IMG/VR virus record: IMGVR_UViG_3300042525_000901
Coordinates: 1,708-65,707 of that record
DNA length: 64,000 nt
DNA from: a virus
Taxonomy: Duplodnaviria > Caudoviricetes
Direction: 5' to 3' (one strand)
Shown here one piece after another: positions 62,854 through 64,000 of this stretch. The notes beneath the pieces are model-generated. The model had not been told where the DNA came from, did not search any database, and was given only the letters and a program-made list of their open reading frames with translations. The position numbers and the translations under genes were made by a program. How positions within the stretch are numbered: the first letter of the stretch is position 1; every line of letters begins with the position of its first letter.

Positions 62854-64000
62854 ATGTCATCTCCCTCAGATCTGGATCGCTCTTATAATTCATCAGTTCG
62901 CGTCACCTCGGCTTGGCTCAACGCGATCAACTCGCGCTTGCTTAATGGAGACGGATCGGACTGGCGACGATGGACAGACGCGGATCTAGATGTTTCCCCT
63001 GGGAGCTTGTCCGACCGTGTTGCCAAGATTTCAGATCAACTTCGCGTGCAGGCCGGTATAGGGTTGAGCGTATCCGTTTTCCCCGGTCGTGTGGGGTTAT
63101 CCGATGGAACGACGCTTGAGGTGGGCAACATAGTAGCCTCAGTGCCAGCGTCATTGACGCTGGCCGATGACAGCAACCTTTTTGTGTATGTATCTGCAAA
63201 TGGCTTAGGCTTTGGCGAGACGTTGCCATCGGGCGCGTTGTTGCTGGCAGCCGCTCAAACAGCGGGCGGGATTTTAGTTAGCCTGGAAGATCGGCGATCG
63301 TTGTTCTCTGTTTTTGGCGATAGCGAAGGCATGATCGGTGATCGGCTCGATAGCTTGGAAGCGGTTTCCGATACGCTTGATGGTGCAATCACGACGATCA
63401 ATCAGTCGATCGATACCATCGACAGCGCAATTACCAACATTCAATCAACTTTTAATTTTAGCGACGCAAGCGGCGGTGACTTCGTTCGGATTGGCGTTGC
63501 AGGCGAGTTGGTAGCAGATAGTTTAATTGGCGGCCAGATTGCATCTATTAGCGACGCTATCGACACGCTCGCAAGTGGATTGGCTGGGGTTGAAGAGACG
63601 TTGGATTTTGCCGGTGCAACTGCTGGCGATTTCATTCGGATCGATTCGTTTGGCAACCTCGCCGCGCAGACGACAAATCTCGGTGTGATGAGTGTGGGGT
63701 TAACCGCACCGGAGGTGTTCACCGTCTCCAGTAGTCCCGTGACCGGATCAGGGTCGCTTGCTATCTCCTTTGCCGGTGGGCAATCCCCTAATCAATTCCT
63801 CGCAAGCCCACCGGGAGTAGCAGGCGCAGTGGGACTCCGATCCATCGTTGCAGATGATATCCCCAGCCTAGGCGCATCCAAAATCACGACCGGAATATTA
63901 GATCCCGCCCGAATTCCTGATTTAGATGCATCCAAAATCACGACCGGAATATTAGATCCCGCCCGAATTCCTGATCTTGAGATGGCTGTCGCGGTACAAG
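62854..64000 (+). CDS. tail fibre protein (runs off the window; not in ORF track)
   Basis: open frame from MSSPSDLDRSY...VTSAWLNAIN to the window end, with IPxLDASKITTGILDPAR fibre repeats. Confidence 0.8.
   Translation, partial: MSSPSDLDRSYNSSVRVTSAWLNAINSRLLNGDGSDWRRWTDADLDVSPGSLSDRVAKISDQLRVQAGIGLSVSVFPGRVGLSDGTTLEVGNIVASVPASLTLADDSNLFVYVSANGLGFGETLPSGALLLAAAQTAGGILVSLEDRRSLFSVFGDSEGMIGDRLDSLEAVSDTLDGAITTINQSIDTIDSAITNIQSTFNFSDASGGDFVRIGVAGELVADSLIGGQIASISDAIDTLASGLAGVEETLDFAGATAGDFIRIDSFGNLAAQTTNLGVMSVGLTAPEVFTVSSSPVTGSGSLAISFAGGQSPNQFLASPPGVAGAVGLRSIVADDIPSLGASKITTGILDPARIPDLDASKITTGILDPARIPDLEMAVAVQ
63874..63975 (+). repeat. 54-bp-period tandem repeat in the fibre gene
   Basis: 48 identical nt at 63874-63921 and 63928-63975 (18-aa unit). 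Confidence 0.9.

Noticed and set aside
62854-64000. Diversity-generating retroelement or invertible fibre cassette
   Set aside because: No reverse transcriptase, TR/VR pair or invertase in the window. The 54-bp repeat is an ordinary fibre shaft repeat.
1-64000. Numerous short ORFs in the track that overlap or oppose called genes
   Set aside because: These are shadow frames of GC-rich coding sequence, without RBS or recognisable motifs.

Overview
The window is 64 kb of a contractile-tailed (myovirus-type) temperate cyanophage, probably a phage-plasmid. A cyanobacterial host is indicated by abundant HIP1 octamers (GCGATCGC), a cyanobacterial-type DnaN and an NblA-like gene. Virion genes (head morphogenesis, terminase, baseplate, spike, portal, protease, capsid, sheath, tube, tape measure, fibre) occupy about 0.9-21.4 kb and 44.3-64 kb, in scrambled order on both strands. 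The middle holds a membrane/FtsK-like ATPase/M23 cluster and a replication module: a large Rep/primase-SF2 helicase resembling cyanobacterial plasmid CyRepA1-type proteins, DnaN, a Dda-like helicase, a probable SSB, a RuvC-like resolvase, dCTP deaminase and a C5 methyltransferase. No integrase or DNA polymerase is visible. The most striking unexplained structure is non-coding. (1) There are nine dispersed copies of a ~105-bp bipartite palindromic element (TGCCACGTG-AT-rich-CACGTGGCA plus a degenerate 15-13-15 palindrome), one of which is embedded in the rep coding sequence. (2) Two of these copies are followed by helically phased arrays of 15-16 TGCG motifs at 11-12 bp spacing. Also notable: a terminase large subunit split into two genes, a covarying structured leader repeated upstream of antirepressor-like genes, a candidate antisense RNA over the rep start, and a candidate +1 tail-chaperone frameshift. 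All calls come from reading motifs by eye; no database searches were run.
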